Source of the DNA: an uncultured Gammaproteobacteria bacterium
GTDB taxonomy: Bacteria > Pseudomonadota > Gammaproteobacteria > UBA4575
DNA: 46,056 bases
Reading direction: 5' to 3'
Assembly: GCA_937922735.1 (NCBI GenBank)
Contig: CALAJL010000087.1
Location: 1-46,056 of the forward strand
Of the stretch, positions 35,887-46,056 are shown piece after piece (the stretch's first letter is position 1; the number at the start of each line of letters is the position of its first letter). Both the position numbers and the translations under genes were made by a program. Below the pieces are notes generated by a model. The model did not search any database. It saw only the letters and a program-made list of their open reading frames with translations, and was not told where the DNA came from.

Positions 35887-35973
35887 ATATATATGAGATT
35901 AGATCAAATAAAGTTAGTATTTAGTACACTAACAAAGATCAACCAATAAGAGTATCCACATAGAAAAATCGAT

Positions 35974-36630
35974 ATGAAAAATAGCTCTAAATTTATTCAA
36001 TTTGCAGTTGAACACAAAGTTTTGCAATTTGGTGAATTCACTCTTAAATCCGGACGAGTCAGCCCTTATTTCTTTAATGCCGGATTATTCAACGATGGTA
36101 ATGCATTGCACTTGCTAAGCCAGTTTTATGCGCAGGCCATCGTTGATTCAAATTTAGAGTTTGATATGTTATTTGGGCCAGCTTATAAGGGCATACCATT
36201 AGTCGCTGCTGTAGCAATGACGCTATCGCGTGATCATGGTAGAAATTACCCCTATGCTTTTAATCGCAAAGAGGTAAAAAAGCATGGTGATGGTGGGCAA
36301 ATTGTAGGCGCCTCACTTGCTGGAAAGGTGCTAATCATTGATGACGTCATTACAGCAGGCACAGCAATAAATGAAGCAGCAGGAATTCTTGCCCAATCAG
36401 ATGGAAGTGCGGCGGGTGTTGTGATTGCTTTTGACCGGGAAGAGCGGAGCCAAGAAAATGAAGCAGCCTTGTCTGCGGTAGGTCAGGTTGAACGAGACTT
36501 AAAAATATCTGTCATTAGTGTTGCGAAAGCAAATGACCTCATCAGTTATTCTGAATCAAATAATACATATACAGAACACCTGGAAACCATCAAAACTTAT
36601 CTAGATAAATACCGATCTAAAACCATATAA
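35974..36630 (+). CDS. pyrE: Orotate phosphoribosyltransferase
   Basis: FGEFTLKSGRVSPYFFNAG, FGPAYKGIPL, IIDDVITAGTA. Confidence 0.97.
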   Translation: MKNSSKFIQFAVEHKVLQFGEFTLKSGRVSPYFFNAGLFNDGNALHLLSQFYAQAIVDSNLEFDMLFGPAYKGIPLVAAVAMTLSRDHGRNYPYAFNRKEVKKHGDGGQIVGASLAGKVLIIDDVITAGTAINEAAGILAQSDGSAAGVVIAFDREERSQENEAALSAVGQVERDLKISVISVAKANDLISYSESNNTYTEHLETIKTYLDKYRSKTI

Positions 36631-36794
36631 TAATTAAGGTTTATGCTAAACGTAGGCTACCCAAATTCACACTTATTTTAAATAAGATGAGTGAGTATAG
36701 TTTCACGATTAAATAGGCTTTTTTGACTCTAACTTCTTGGAATATGGTAGTAAAATTACCAGTAAAATATCAAGTGAAATAACTGATTGGCTGT

Positions 36795-37427
36795 ATGTTA
36801 GCAATAAAGCATTTTTTATACTTACCACTTTCTCTAGTCGTATGCGTGGCAAATATCGCGCAAGCAGAGTTTTATCGATGGGTGGATGACACCGGTACCA
36901 TTCACTATAGCGATAGCTTGCCTCCAACAGAATCGCAAAGAAAACAAGACTTGTTAAATGATACGGGCCGTATTGTAAAAACAATTCCTGCACCTAAAAC
37001 TGTAGGTGAACTGGAAGAAGAACAAAAACTTGCTTTACAGGAAGAAGAACAAAAGAAAAAGATTGAAAAAGCAGAACAAAGAGATCGATTACTTATGGCT
37101 TTATATTTAACAGTAGAAGATATAGAGCTTGTACGTGATGAGCGAATCGAGACTGTAGAGTCCGCGATTAGAATTACAAAGTTACGTAAAAATAGATTTA
37201 CTAAAAAGTTAGAAGAGTTAAGTACATCAGAACAAAAATTTAAAGCGAATGGACAAAATACACCGCCATGGTTAATTAAGAGCCGTAGGCACTATGCAGA
37301 ACAGCTAGCTAATGTTGAGGATATTCTTGCGATTAAAGAAAAAGAAAAGCTAGTCATCAAGAAGCGTTTTGCTGGTGATATAAATCGTTACTTAGAATTG
37401 AAAGATCCTGAATTAGCTGCTGAGTAA
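36795..37427 (+). CDS. DUF4124-family exported coiled-coil protein
   Basis: Signal peptide, [17 protein letters not shown] motif, RDRLLMALY. Confidence 0.75.
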   Translation: MLAIKHFLYLPLSLVVCVANIAQAEFYRWVDDTGTIHYSDSLPPTESQRKQDLLNDTGRIVKTIPAPKTVGELEEEQKLALQEEEQKKKIEKAEQRDRLLMALYLTVEDIELVRDERIETVESAIRITKLRKNRFTKKLEELSTSEQKFKANGQNTPPWLIKSRRHYAEQLANVEDILAIKEKEKLVIKKRFAGDINRYLELKDPELAAE

Positions 37428-38297
37428 AGTACCTACACCCTGATCAGTAAATAATTCTAGTAATACAGCATGTTGAACGCGGCCATCAATAATATGAGCT
37501 GCATTCACACCTGAAGTTATAGCATCCCAAGCACATTTCACTTTAGGTAACATTCCACCACTAATTACTTCATCAGCAATGAGCTGTGTAATTTCGTCAT
37601 ACTTTAGACCGGTTAGTAATTCGCCATTATGTTGCACACCAGGAGTATTGGTTAAAAGTATAAGTTTTTCAGCATGTAATGATGAGGCAATATTGCCTGC
37701 AACAAAATCTGCATTGATGTTTAAAGACTCGCCATTTTCACCTAACCCAATAGGTGCAATTACAGGTATAACAGACTTTTCAAATAACTTTATTAGAGGT
37801 TTAGAGTCAATAGCTGTAACTTGTCCAACATGTCCTAGGTCTAAACGTTCACTCCCAGTTCCATCTTGAGTGGTACGTGAAATAGTTAAACGTTCTGCTC
37901 GAACAATCCCATGTTCCTTGCCCATTAACCCTTGCGCTTTGCCACCATGTTGAAGGATGAGATCGACAATTTCCTGATTAACTATTTTACCGAGTACACG
38001 CTCTACTATGTCCATGGTTTCGTCGTCAGTGACACGCATACCATCAATAAATTGTGTTTTTTTACCAAGTTTTTCTAGTGTTTGTCCAATTTGAGGGCCA
38101 CCACCATGAACGATAACTGGATTAATACCAACCTGTTTCAGCAATACCACGTCACATGCAAAACTACTTTTTAAGTCTTCATCTATCATGGCGTTACCAC
38201 CATATTTTATGACGATAGTTTTTCCAGAAAATTTCTGGATATAAGGCAGAGCTTCGGTCAAGACCCTAGCAATTGTGTCTGCACTACTTGGTTCCAT
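37413..38297 (-). CDS. argB: Acetylglutamate kinase
   Basis: [46 protein letters not shown]. Confidence 0.97.
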   Translation of the reverse strand: MEPSSADTIARVLTEALPYIQKFSGKTIVIKYGGNAMIDEDLKSSFACDVVLLKQVGINPVIVHGGGPQIGQTLEKLGKKTQFIDGMRVTDDETMDIVERVLGKIVNQEIVDLILQHGGKAQGLMGKEHGIVRAERLTISRTTQDGTGSERLDLGHVGQVTAIDSKPLIKLFEKSVIPVIAPIGLGENGESLNINADFVAGNIASSLHAEKLILLTNTPGVQHNGELLTGLKYDEITQLIADEVISGGMLPKVKCAWDAITSGVNAAHIIDGRVQHAVLLELFTDQGVGTLLSS

Positions 38298-38327
38298 CAG
38301 GTGTTTTACTATTTAATTGAGAAAAAA

Positions 38328-39698
38328 TTAAAAGGGTATTTGCATGCTTGAATCAATCTTAGCCATCTGTTGCCGAAAGTCATTTTTGATAACTTCAATT
38401 GCACTTTCATTATCAGCCTCAAACCGGATTACTAAAGAAGGTGTAGTATTAGAGGCACGAACTAGGCCCCAACCATTATCATAGTCAGCACGAACGCCAT
38501 CAATAGTGGTTATTTTTGCATTTGGTAAATCTACGGCACTTAAAAATTGCTGCATAAAATCATGTTGTGCACCGTCTTTATCAAAGTGCACATTAATCTC
38601 AGGTGTACTAAGTGAATTCGGTAACGTTGAGAACAATTCACTGGATGATAAATTTTGGTTAGTTACAATTTCTAGTAAGCGAGCGGCACTATAAAGTGCA
38701 TCATCAAAGCCATACCAACGTTCTTTGAAAAAGATATGACCACTCATTTCCCCAGCTAATTCCGCACCGGTTTCTGTCATTTTATTTTTAATGAAAGAAT
38801 GACCCGTCTTCCACATAATAGCTTCTCCACCTGCTTCTTCTATAACGGTGGCTAAATTTCTTGATGACTTCACGTCAAAAATTATCTTTGAGCCTGGTTT
38901 TCTACTTAGAACATCACGCGCATAGAGCATCATCTGACGATCTGCCCATAACACACATCCTTTATTATCAATAACCCCAACACGATCCCCATCACCATCA
39001 AAGGCAAGGCCTAGATCTAAATTATTGTCATCCACACATTTTATTAAGTCTGTTAAATTCTTTGCTTCACTGGGGTTAGGATGGTGATTTGGGAAACTCC
39101 CATCTACGTCACAATATAAATCGAAAGTTTCACAACCTAATTTCTTAAATAGCGTAAGAGCTGCGGGTCCTGCGACACCATTGCCACAATCGATTCCGAT
39201 ACGAAGTGGGCGAGCTAGTTTGATGTCTGAACATATTCTTGAAAGGTAAGTATCTAGAATGTCTTCTTCTTGAATACTACCTATTTCTGTTTTGAGTTCG
39301 CCGTGTATTATGCACTGATGAATAGCTTGAATATCCTCACCGTGAAGTGTTTTTCCATCCATAACCATTTTCAGACCATTATACTCTGGAGGATTATGAC
39401 TACCCGTGACCATGACTCCCGCACCAGTACCTAATTTATGCGTGGCGTAATATAATACTGGTGTTGGTACTTCTCCAATATCAATTACTTTGCAGCCACT
39501 TGCTTGTAAACCTAGGCTTAGGCTGTCCACTAATAGTTTACTGGAGTTTCTACCGTCTCTTGCCACGACAACAGTTTTGCTATTAGGGTATAACGTGCCG
39601 AGAGCTTGTCCAACCAACGACACCACTTCTGGTTTTAACGCGGTTTCAACAACACCACGTATATCGTAAGCACGGAAAATATGAGGATCTATATTCAT
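38328..39698 (-). CDS. algC: Phosphomannomutase/phosphoglucomutase
   Basis: FRAYDIRG, VTGSHNP, FDGDGDR, GEMSGH, LVRASNTTP. Confidence 0.93.
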   Translation of the reverse strand: MNIDPHIFRAYDIRGVVETALKPEVVSLVGQALGTLYPNSKTVVVARDGRNSSKLLVDSLSLGLQASGCKVIDIGEVPTPVLYYATHKLGTGAGVMVTGSHNPPEYNGLKMVMDGKTLHGEDIQAIHQCIIHGELKTEIGSIQEEDILDTYLSRICSDIKLARPLRIGIDCGNGVAGPAALTLFKKLGCETFDLYCDVDGSFPNHHPNPSEAKNLTDLIKCVDDNNLDLGLAFDGDGDRVGVIDNKGCVLWADRQMMLYARDVLSRKPGSKIIFDVKSSRNLATVIEEAGGEAIMWKTGHSFIKNKMTETGAELAGEMSGHIFFKERWYGFDDALYSAARLLEIVTNQNLSSSELFSTLPNSLSTPEINVHFDKDGAQHDFMQQFLSAVDLPNAKITTIDGVRADYDNGWGLVRASNTTPSLVIRFEADNESAIEVIKNDFRQQMAKIDSSMQIPF

Positions 39699-39760
39699 AA
39701 AATTATTTATTGTGGCTTTATAAAAGCCGTATGATTACGTTGTTTTTAATGTAGTAAATA

Positions 39761-40234
39761 TTATGTTTTGCCAGTGTGACCGAAACCACCTTCACCACGA
39801 TCTGTAGCAGTGAACTCATCAACAATCTCAAATTCTGTTTGTACGATGGGAATGATAACCAACTGAGCAATGCGATCACCGACATTGACATTAAAGGTTT
39901 CATTGCCTCGATTCCAGAGTGAGACCATCAAAGGACCTTGGTAATCTGAATCAATCAACCCAACTAGATTACCTAAAACGATGCCATGTTTATGACCCAA
40001 ACCTGAACGCGGCAAAATAGTTGCAGCAAGGCCAGGATCTTGAATATAGATCGAGAGACCTGTTGGAATTAATACGGTTTCACCAGGGGAAATGGTTATT
40101 GCTTCATCCAAACAAGCGCGTAAATCCATACCGGCTGACCCGGTTGTCGCGTAAGTGGGTAGCGGAATTTCTTTACCTATTCGACTATCGAGTATTCTGA
40201 CTTCTGTCTTTTGCGTTTTTGAGTACTGTGACAT
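39761..40234 (-). CDS. dut: dUTP diphosphatase
   Basis: [34 protein letters not shown]; start uncertain (ATG 40234 chosen). Confidence 0.96.
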   Translation of the reverse strand: MSQYSKTQKTEVRILDSRIGKEIPLPTYATTGSAGMDLRACLDEAITISPGETVLIPTGLSIYIQDPGLAATILPRSGLGHKHGIVLGNLVGLIDSDYQGPLMVSLWNRGNETFNVNVGDRIAQLVIIPIVQTEFEIVDEFTATDRGEGGFGHTGKT

Positions 40235-41444
40235 TGCTTCTCTTATCTGTGCTTGCATAACGTTCCGCGATTAGACCAATGAGTCGTCGCGCTATTTTTG
40301 TTTTTGTATCACGCTCTAGTGAGCAATGTCCACCTGCCCAAAATATCTCTAAGGCATTTTCAGGGCTATCAAAACCAATACTTGTATCAGAAACATCATT
40401 ACCCGCAATCATGTCTAAACGTTTACGCTCTAGTTTCTGCTTAGCATATTTTTCAAGATCACGAGTTTCAGCTGCAAACCCCACAACAAAAGGCTTATTA
40501 TGATGTCTAGCCACTTCAGCAAGAATATCTGGGTTACGCACTAGTTTTACTGATAAATCTTCATGTAGTTTTTTAATTTTTTCTGGTTGCTTTGCAACCG
40601 GGCGGTAATCTGCAACTGCAGCACAGCTTATAAAGATTTGCTTATCTTCAATATCTGCTTGCACCGCATCAAACATTTCTTGCGCAGTTGAAACAGATAT
40701 ACATTCAACACCTTCAGGTACTGCGATGGAAACGGGACCAGTAATTAGCTGGACGTTTGCACCAGCATCATGAGCTGCAGCAGCAATGGCGTAACCCATA
40801 CGTCCGGAACTACGATTACTAAGATAACGTACCGGATCAATCGGCTCTCGAGTAGGGCCGGCCGTAACCATGATGTTAATTCCTGTGAGTTCACCAGTAT
40901 TAAATAAATTACTTAATGAGAGCACTAGTTGATGTGGCTCAAACATACGCCCTTCACCTACATCCCCACATGCTTGAGAGCCAGCAGCAGGACCAAAAAA
41001 CACAAAGCCTCGTTTAGCTAATAATTCAACATTGTCTTGCGTTGCGTGGTTGGCCCACATGGCTTGATTCATCGCTGGTGCCAGTGCAATGGTAGCTTTG
41101 GTTGCTAAACAGGTGGTGCTAAGCAGATCATCCGCACCACCATGAGTTAATTTAGCAAGTGTGTTGGCACTGGCAGGTGCAATAAGTACTACATCCGCCC
41201 ATCTAGCTAATGCGATATGGTCCATGCCATTTGCCGCTTCGGCATATTCAAATTCATCTGTTAAAACAGGGTTTCCTGATAGTGCTTGAAAAGTTAGCGG
41301 GGTAATAAATTCTTTAGCCGAGCGTGTCATGATGACACGCACTTGTGCTTTAGCGCGGACTAACTCACGTACAAGTTCGGCACTCTTATAAGCAGCAATG
41401 CCACCACTCACACCGAGTAAAATATTTTTGTTAGCTAAAGACAT
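40185..41444 (-). CDS. coaBC: Phosphopantothenoylcysteine decarboxylase/synthetase
   Basis: [50 protein letters not shown]. Confidence 0.97.
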   Translation of the reverse strand: MSLANKNILLGVSGGIAAYKSAELVRELVRAKAQVRVIMTRSAKEFITPLTFQALSGNPVLTDEFEYAEAANGMDHIALARWADVVLIAPASANTLAKLTHGGADDLLSTTCLATKATIALAPAMNQAMWANHATQDNVELLAKRGFVFFGPAAGSQACGDVGEGRMFEPHQLVLSLSNLFNTGELTGINIMVTAGPTREPIDPVRYLSNRSSGRMGYAIAAAAHDAGANVQLITGPVSIAVPEGVECISVSTAQEMFDAVQADIEDKQIFISCAAVADYRPVAKQPEKIKKLHEDLSVKLVRNPDILAEVARHHNKPFVVGFAAETRDLEKYAKQKLERKRLDMIAGNDVSDTSIGFDSPENALEIFWAGGHCSLERDTKTKIARRLIGLIAERYASTDKRSNVTVLKNAKDRSQNTR

Positions 41445-41580
41445 AGTGTTTAGTTTACCAAATATGTCCCATAAAATGGTTTAATTTCATACACGGCTAA
41501 CCAAGCCTTATCAGCCATTGGTCAATATTGAGTTCAGATATATCAAGGGCTTATGAATAAAGTGAAATAAAGGGGGGCAA

Positions 41581-42252
41581 ATGGCGATATCCGATTGGCC
41601 TGAAGGGGAACGACCACGTGAACGTTTGCTAGATCAAGGCGCAAGAGCACTTTCAGATGCTGAGTTATTGGCTATATTTCTACGTACTGGCGTTAAAGGT
41701 AAATCTGCGGTGGATTTAGCGCGAGAATTGTTGATTAATTTTGGTGGTTTACGACAATTACTATCGGCGGATTTAGAAACATTTTGTCGCGCTAAAGGAA
41801 TGGGTGTCGCAAAATTTACTCAACTACAAGCTTGTTTAGAAATGGCACGTAGATTTTTACATGAAGCATTAGAACGCGAAGGGCCACTTACGAATCCAGA
41901 TGATGCCAAGCATTTTTTGCTCATGCATATGCGAGATTATAAAAAAGAAGTATTTGCATGTTTGTGTTTAGATACTAAAAATCGAGTGATAAAGTTTGAG
42001 GAGTTATTTTCAGGCACATTAAATTATGCTGAAGTACATCCAAGAGAGGTTGTTAAGCATGCATTAAAGCATAATGCTAACGCTATTATTCTTGCCCATA
42101 ACCACCCATCGGGCGACTCAAAACCGAGTCAGTCTGATATAGACATTACGCATACTTTACGTGATGCATTGTCACTGGTAGACATTAAAGTATTAGACCA
42201 CTTAATAATTGGTAATGAGGTTGTTTCTTTAGCTGCGTTAGGCCATTTGTAA
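41581..42252 (+). CDS. radC: RadC/YicR JAB-domain protein
   Basis: [48 protein letters not shown]. Confidence 0.95.
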   Translation: MAISDWPEGERPRERLLDQGARALSDAELLAIFLRTGVKGKSAVDLARELLINFGGLRQLLSADLETFCRAKGMGVAKFTQLQACLEMARRFLHEALEREGPLTNPDDAKHFLLMHMRDYKKEVFACLCLDTKNRVIKFEELFSGTLNYAEVHPREVVKHALKHNANAIILAHNHPSGDSKPSQSDIDITHTLRDALSLVDIKVLDHLIIGNEVVSLAALGHL

Positions 42253-42266
42253 AAATGTTTAGACAT

Positions 42267-42299
42267 AAAAAAGCCCACGTAAAATAAATTACACGGGCT
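42267..42299 (-). terminator. Rho-independent terminator for mscL (possibly bidirectional)
   Basis: Minus strand AGCCCGTGTAA-loop-TTACGTGGGCT (11 bp with 2 G:U) followed by a T-run. Confidence 0.7.
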
Positions 42300-42361
42300 A
42301 TTTTAATCTGAACAACGTTTAAATTAAGAAAATATTTTTTATTATTCTCAACTTTACTTAC

Positions 42362-42742
42362 TTATTTTTTAAGACTATCACGAATTTCACGTAACAAAAC
42401 AAGGTCTTCTGGTGGAGCTGCGGGTGCTTCTTCTTCTTTCTTCTTCATACTATTCACAGCTTTAATAATCATGAATATTACAAACGCAATGATTAAGAAG
42501 TTAATGAGCGCTTGAATGAATGAGCCATAACCAAAAATAGCAGCACCTTCGCCATCCCCTAGTGGGATGCCTAGTTTGCTAAAATCTACACCTCCGGTAA
42601 ACAGACCAATGATTGGCATGATGATGTCATCTACTAATGAAGCTACCACTGCAGATACCGCTGCACCAATGATAATACCGGTAGCCATATCCATCATGTT
42701 ACCTTTCATGACGAATTCTTTAAATTCACTTACCATTCCCAT
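42362..42742 (-). CDS. mscL: Large-conductance mechanosensitive channel
   Basis: [43 protein letters not shown]. Confidence 0.96.
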   Translation of the reverse strand: MGMVSEFKEFVMKGNMMDMATGIIIGAAVSAVVASLVDDIIMPIIGLFTGGVDFSKLGIPLGDGEGAAIFGYGSFIQALINFLIIAFVIFMIIKAVNSMKKKEEEAPAAPPEDLVLLREIRDSLKK

Positions 42743-42786
42743 GATAAATCCTCCTAAGATTATTATAATTATTTGAATCGGGAAGT

Positions 42787-42815
42787 ACTGTAATCAGCAA
42801 TACTTGTAAATGCAA
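42787..42815 (-). promoter_or_regulatory. Putative sigma70 promoter of mscL
   Basis: Minus strand TTGCAT-17 nt-TACAGT. Confidence 0.45.
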
Positions 42816-42863
42816 GCTAACTTATTTGTCGCTGCTATAGCTTGTTGATTATGAATAAAAAAA

Positions 42864-44006
42864 TTATGTCAGTAATTGTTCAAGTGCAATTATTAGTTGA
42901 TCAACCTGTTTGATTGAATGCTCGGCAGAAAAACTTATCCTCAATCTTGCGGTGTTGTTTGGAACGGTGGGTGGTCGTATAGCGGGCACAAGTATTCCAG
43001 CAGCTAAAAGATTTTTACTTATTTTTAGTGTGGTTTTTGATGAACCAAAAATAATCGGTTGTATAGGTGTATTAGAAGCCGAAACACTAATGCCAACTTG
43101 TTTACATCGGTCTTGAAAATACTGAATCAAAGCTTGTAAATGCTCTCTACGCCAAGCTTCATCTTTGATCAGTTGTAGGCTTGCTCGTGTGGCTTCTGCG
43201 ATGGCCGGTGGCAGTGCAGTAGTGTAAATATAACTGTGTGCTTTTTGTATCATCCATTCAATGGATTCTTGTTTACCGGCAACAAATGCGCCAAAAGTAC
43301 CAAATGCTTTTCCCAATGTACCTATTAAAATATCATTCGTAGACAATAAATCTTCCGTACAGCCTTTACCTTGTTTGCCCAGTACACCGATGCCATGTGC
43401 ATCATCGATGATTAATGTTGCATTATGTGTATGAGCGATCGACTGCAATGTTTTAACTGGTGCGATCGTACCATCCATACTAAACACACCGTCAGTTAAG
43501 ATGAACTTACTGGACGACTCATCTACAGAAATATTTTTATTTAACTGATCAGTAGCTTGATGCGCATAACGGTTTAATTTCGCGCGTGATAATAAAGCCG
43601 CATCATTCAAAGAAGCGTGGTTGAGTTTATCTGCATAAATAGAACTGTTACGTGTTGCTAAAGCACTGACAACGCCTAAGTTCGCCATATAGCCGGTTGA
43701 AAATAGTAATGCTTTTTCACATCCAATAAATTCTGCTAGTTCCTCTTCTAATGCAGCATGACTATCATGATGACCTGTGATTAAGTGAGAAGCACCAGAT
43801 CCCACGCCCATGTTCTGTGTGGCACTGGCTAAGCGTTGAATAACGTTAGGATGATTGGCTAAACCAAGATAATCGTTACTACAGAAAGACAAAACCTTTT
43901 GTCCATTGATAATAGGTTCTACTTGCTGTGCAGAGGAAGTAACTTTACGACTACGATAAAGGTTATCGAGTTGTAGTTTATCTAGCGCGGCTGCTAGATC
44001 ACTCAT
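42864..44006 (-). CDS. bioF: 8-amino-7-oxononanoate synthase
   Basis: FCSNDYLGLA, FSTGYMANLG, DGVFSMDG, DDAHGIG, GTLGKAFG, AIRPPTVP. Confidence 0.95.
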   Translation of the reverse strand: MSDLAAALDKLQLDNLYRSRKVTSSAQQVEPIINGQKVLSFCSNDYLGLANHPNVIQRLASATQNMGVGSGASHLITGHHDSHAALEEELAEFIGCEKALLFSTGYMANLGVVSALATRNSSIYADKLNHASLNDAALLSRAKLNRYAHQATDQLNKNISVDESSSKFILTDGVFSMDGTIAPVKTLQSIAHTHNATLIIDDAHGIGVLGKQGKGCTEDLLSTNDILIGTLGKAFGTFGAFVAGKQESIEWMIQKAHSYIYTTALPPAIAEATRASLQLIKDEAWRREHLQALIQYFQDRCKQVGISVSASNTPIQPIIFGSSKTTLKISKNLLAAGILVPAIRPPTVPNNTARLRISFSAEHSIKQVDQLIIALEQLLT

Positions 44007-44018
44007 GACATTGTGATT

Positions 44019-45068
44019 TTAATTAATGGAAGCTGCCTGACTTACAGCAACCTGTGTATCAATTTCAGCATTAACTTCTGAATGAAGAGAAGGATTGACT
44101 GAATCATTAACACTATCGGCCTGAATACCCAGCTTGTTAAATAATGCACGGTCTTTCTCCGTTTCAGGGTTTTTAGCAGTTAATAACGTCTCACCGTAAA
44201 AAATAGAATTTGCGCCAGCAAAAAAGCATAACGCTTGTGTTTGCTCATTCATTTCTTCACGCCCAGCGGACAAACGTACATAGGTTTTAGGCATTAGGAT
44301 GCGTGCAATTGCAATGGTACGAATGAACTCAAACGGATCAAGATCATCTACGTGTTCAAGTGGTGTGCCTTTAATTTTTATTAACATATTTATTGGCACA
44401 GACTCGGGGTGTTGAGGCAAGTTTGCTAACTGTAATAATAAACCCGCCCGATCTTCTCGAGATTCCCCCATACCTAAAATACCACCACTACAAACATTAA
44501 TACCGGAATTACGTACATGCTCTAGTGTATCTAAACGATCTTGGTAGGTTCGAGTGGTAATGACATTGCCATAAAATTCTGGAGAGGTATCTAAATTGTG
44601 ATTGTAATAATCCAGTCCTGCGGTTTTTAATTTCTGTGCTTGGGGTTCGGTTAACATACCCACTGTCACACAAGTTTCCATGCCAAGGTCTTTTACCACC
44701 TCGATCATTTTAATCACTTGATCTAAGTTTTTATCCGATGGATTACGCCAAGCGGCGCCCATGCAAAACCGAGATGCACCTGCTTCTCTGGCTGCTTTGG
44801 CATTTATTTTCACTTCATCTAGAGACAACAAACGCTCTTTCTCAATTTCGGTGTCGTAATGACCGCTTTGTGGGCAGTAAGAACAATCTTCCGAGCACGA
44901 GCCAGTCTTTACCGAAAGCAGGGTACTGACTTGTACCTTATTAGGGTCATGGTTTTCACGGAATATGCGGTGGGCTAAATACAGTAAATCGTTAAAGGGC
45001 AGTTGATACAGGTCAATGACCTCATGTTTTTTCCAGTCATTGCGTGTAGAGGTAGTTTCAGAGTGCAT
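44019..45068 (-). CDS. bioB: Biotin synthase
   Basis: [11 protein letters not shown] radical SAM motif, [22 protein letters not shown]. Confidence 0.98.
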   Translation of the reverse strand: MHSETTSTRNDWKKHEVIDLYQLPFNDLLYLAHRIFRENHDPNKVQVSTLLSVKTGSCSEDCSYCPQSGHYDTEIEKERLLSLDEVKINAKAAREAGASRFCMGAAWRNPSDKNLDQVIKMIEVVKDLGMETCVTVGMLTEPQAQKLKTAGLDYYNHNLDTSPEFYGNVITTRTYQDRLDTLEHVRNSGINVCSGGILGMGESREDRAGLLLQLANLPQHPESVPINMLIKIKGTPLEHVDDLDPFEFIRTIAIARILMPKTYVRLSAGREEMNEQTQALCFFAGANSIFYGETLLTAKNPETEKDRALFNKLGIQADSVNDSVNPSLHSEVNAEIDTQVAVSQAASIN

Positions 45069-45110
45069 ATAGTTGCTTTGCCATAAAGGTTAACGATAAT
45101 AGTGTTAGCA

Positions 45111-45138
45111 AGTCTAATCTTTTGCAGTGGGGTGTCAA
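45111..45138 (-). promoter_or_regulatory. Putative sigma70 promoter of bioB
   Basis: Minus strand TTGACA-16 nt-TAGACT. Confidence 0.55.
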
Positions 45139-45184
45139 TAAAAGCATGGCTTCTCAAATTGAGTACCTAGTATGACGGTCAAGT

Positions 45185-45913
45185 ATGTTTACTAAGGCGC
45201 AGAAATTACTTACTGCTGCTAAAAAAGCCGGGACAATCATTTATCCAAAAGTTTGTCTACATTGCAATGATGCTGGACAAAACGGTATAGATATATGTGA
45301 AAGATGCTACCAAAATCTACCTTGGGTGGAATATTCTTGTACTCGATGTGCGCTGCCATTACCAAATGACCATGCTGCGGTGTGCGGGGCGTGCAGCAAT
45401 CGAGAATTATATTTTGATTATGCCTCAACCCCTTTTCTATTTGATGGGTTTATTCGTGACGCTATTTATCTATTTAAATTTGACCAAAAGCTTAATCAAG
45501 GTAAATTGCTGGCACAATTATTAATACAGCATATTGAAGGCATGCAGCTAGAAATACCTGAGTTGATCATTCCTGTGCCATTGTTTAAAAAACGAATGCG
45601 TCAACGTGGCTATAACCAAGCGTTGGAAATTGCACGTATTGTATGTAAAGAGCTTGAGATTACGCTTGATTACAATTCGCTGTATCGAAATCGTGATACC
45701 AGTGTGCAAATGGATTTACCCGCCAAGCAACGATATAAAAATGTCAAAGGGGCTTTTTCAATTAAAAAGAATTTAACTACCTTGAAAGGAAAACACGTTT
45801 GTATAATCGATGATGTGATGACGACGGGGAATACCGTGAATGAGGTTGCGAAGTGTTTGCAGGAGACTGGAGTGGAGAAGATTGGGGTGTGGTGTATTGC
45901 TCGAGTTGCTTGA
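45185..45913 (+). CDS. comF: ComF family protein (double zinc ribbon + phosphoribosyltransferase)
   Basis: Four CxxC pairs, PVPL..RGYNQA, IIDDVMTTGNT; divergent from bioB. Confidence 0.92.
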   Translation: MFTKAQKLLTAAKKAGTIIYPKVCLHCNDAGQNGIDICERCYQNLPWVEYSCTRCALPLPNDHAAVCGACSNRELYFDYASTPFLFDGFIRDAIYLFKFDQKLNQGKLLAQLLIQHIEGMQLEIPELIIPVPLFKKRMRQRGYNQALEIARIVCKELEITLDYNSLYRNRDTSVQMDLPAKQRYKNVKGAFSIKKNLTTLKGKHVCIIDDVMTTGNTVNEVAKCLQETGVEKIGVWCIARVA

Positions 45914-45917
45914 GGTA

Positions 45918-45944
45918 ATGTCCGCTTTGGGTCGTAAGCGGACA
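45918..45944. repeat. 27-bp palindromic repeat, copy 1
   Basis: ATGTCCGCTTTGGGTCGTAAGCGGACA; perfect 9-bp stem TGTCCGCTT/AAGCGGACA. Confidence 0.7.
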
Positions 45945-46000
45945 GTTTAAGACTGTTATTTTGAGATTCCAACCAAGATTCCCCTTATTCTAAACTTTGT

Positions 46001-46027
46001 ATGACCGCTTTCGGCCAATAGCGGACA
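46001..46027. repeat. 27-bp palindromic repeat, copy 2
   Basis: ATGACCGCTTTCGGCCAATAGCGGACA; 21/27 identical to copy 1, same orientation. Confidence 0.65.
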
Positions 46028-46056
46028 ATCATCTACTCTAATTCTGTGCTCATGAT

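Noticed and set aside
35952-35960. Single DnaA box-like GTATCCACA before pyrE
   Set aside because: An isolated one-mismatch 9-mer is expected by chance in 46 kb.
41581-42252. radC as a marker of a mobile element or anti-defence gene
   Set aside because: Full-length chromosomal form in its usual position divergent from coaBC-dut.
45088-45110. BirA operator upstream of bioB (GGTTAAC-N9-GTTAGCA)
   Set aside because: Only a half-site-like match; spacing is much shorter than the ~15-16 nt BirA palindrome.
45918-46027. CRISPR array call for the terminal repeats
   Set aside because: Only two copies at 78% identity, a 56-bp spacer and no cas genes in the window; kept as an unclassified repeat.

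Overview
AT-rich chromosomal replication-origin region of a gammaproteobacterium, made almost entirely of housekeeping genes. Left arm (minus strand): rpmH-rnpA-yidD-yidC-mnmE-mnmG-rsmG-parA-parB-atpIBEFHAGDC-glmU-glmS, then an exported redoxin, a DUF805/pilin-helix protein and oxyR. Centre (plus strand): dnaA-(oriC)-dnaN-recF-gyrB, with two parS sites inside recF. Right arm: lemA-GIDE-SH3-xthA, an orphan ParA with an L,D-transpeptidase, DUF4197-ampG-exoIII(crc-position)/pyrE, argB-algC-dut-coaBC/radC, mscL, bioF-bioB/comF. I found no mobile element, CRISPR array, tRNA, rRNA or defence island. The best leads are (1) a candidate structured sRNA with an anti-Shine-Dalgarno loop divergent from oxyR, (2) a LemA + GIDE/EF-hand + SH3 membrane module, (3) two related 27-bp palindromic repeats at the right edge, (4) a DUF805-pilin helix fusion, (5) a catalytically intact positional homolog of Crc, and (6) a ~20-aa insertion in GlmU. 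All calls come from reading motifs by eye and from recalled family knowledge; no searches were run.
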